Below the pieces are notes generated by a model. The model was not told the origin of the DNA. It worked only from the letters and a program-made list of their open reading frames with translations, and made no database searches. Shown here one piece after another: positions 63,821 to 64,000 of a stretch of DNA of 64,000 bases. Both the position numbers and the translations under genes were made by a program. Position 1 is the stretch's first letter. Every line of letters begins with the position of its first letter. Source of the stretch: Eledone cirrhosa (Eukaryota); the NCBI GenBank assembly GCA_964016885.1, contig OZ024740.1:1736001-1800000 (forward strand), given 5' to 3'.

Positions 63821-64000
63821 TATTTGTTATTGTTGTCATATATGTTGTTGTTGTTGTAGGTGCTACTGATGTTATATATGTTGTTGTTGTTTTAGATATT
63901 ACTGATGTTATATATGTTGTTGTTGCTATCGATATTAGTGTTGTTGTTATTGTTAGTAGTGTTGTACTTGTTAAAAATCCATATCTATAATAAAGTTTTC

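Overview
Repeat-dominated eukaryotic DNA. The SINE and LINE repertoire and the dense (TA)n/(CATA)n microsatellites resemble an octopus/cephalopod genome (inference). The only host coding sequence I can support is one 76-nt + strand exon (54054-54129, (R)TSLPKPMFSRNDFSIWSILKQCIGK), which matches the start of the lipid-binding domain of ORP1/ORP2 (OSBPL1A/OSBPL2-like). Most of the window is therefore probably giant intron. More than half of it is ten minisatellite arrays (30-91 bp units), and the very long ORFs in the track are artefacts of these arrays. The rest is transposon debris: two tRNA-derived SINE families, four truncated RTE LINEs (three retain a PHD-type finger) sitting in (TA)n, CR1-like LINEs, R4/Dong-like 3' ends, a deleted mariner nested in a TTAA MITE, a hAT element with an 8-bp TSD, and Penelope-like fold-backs carrying hammerhead-ribozyme motifs. 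The most notable signal is that four arrays grew in place from internal segments of SINE/LINE copies whose remainder resumes after the array. One is about 75 tandem Pol III A/B-box heads. Another has a unit made of an inverted plus a direct piece joined at a small hairpin, which points to repeated fold-back synthesis.
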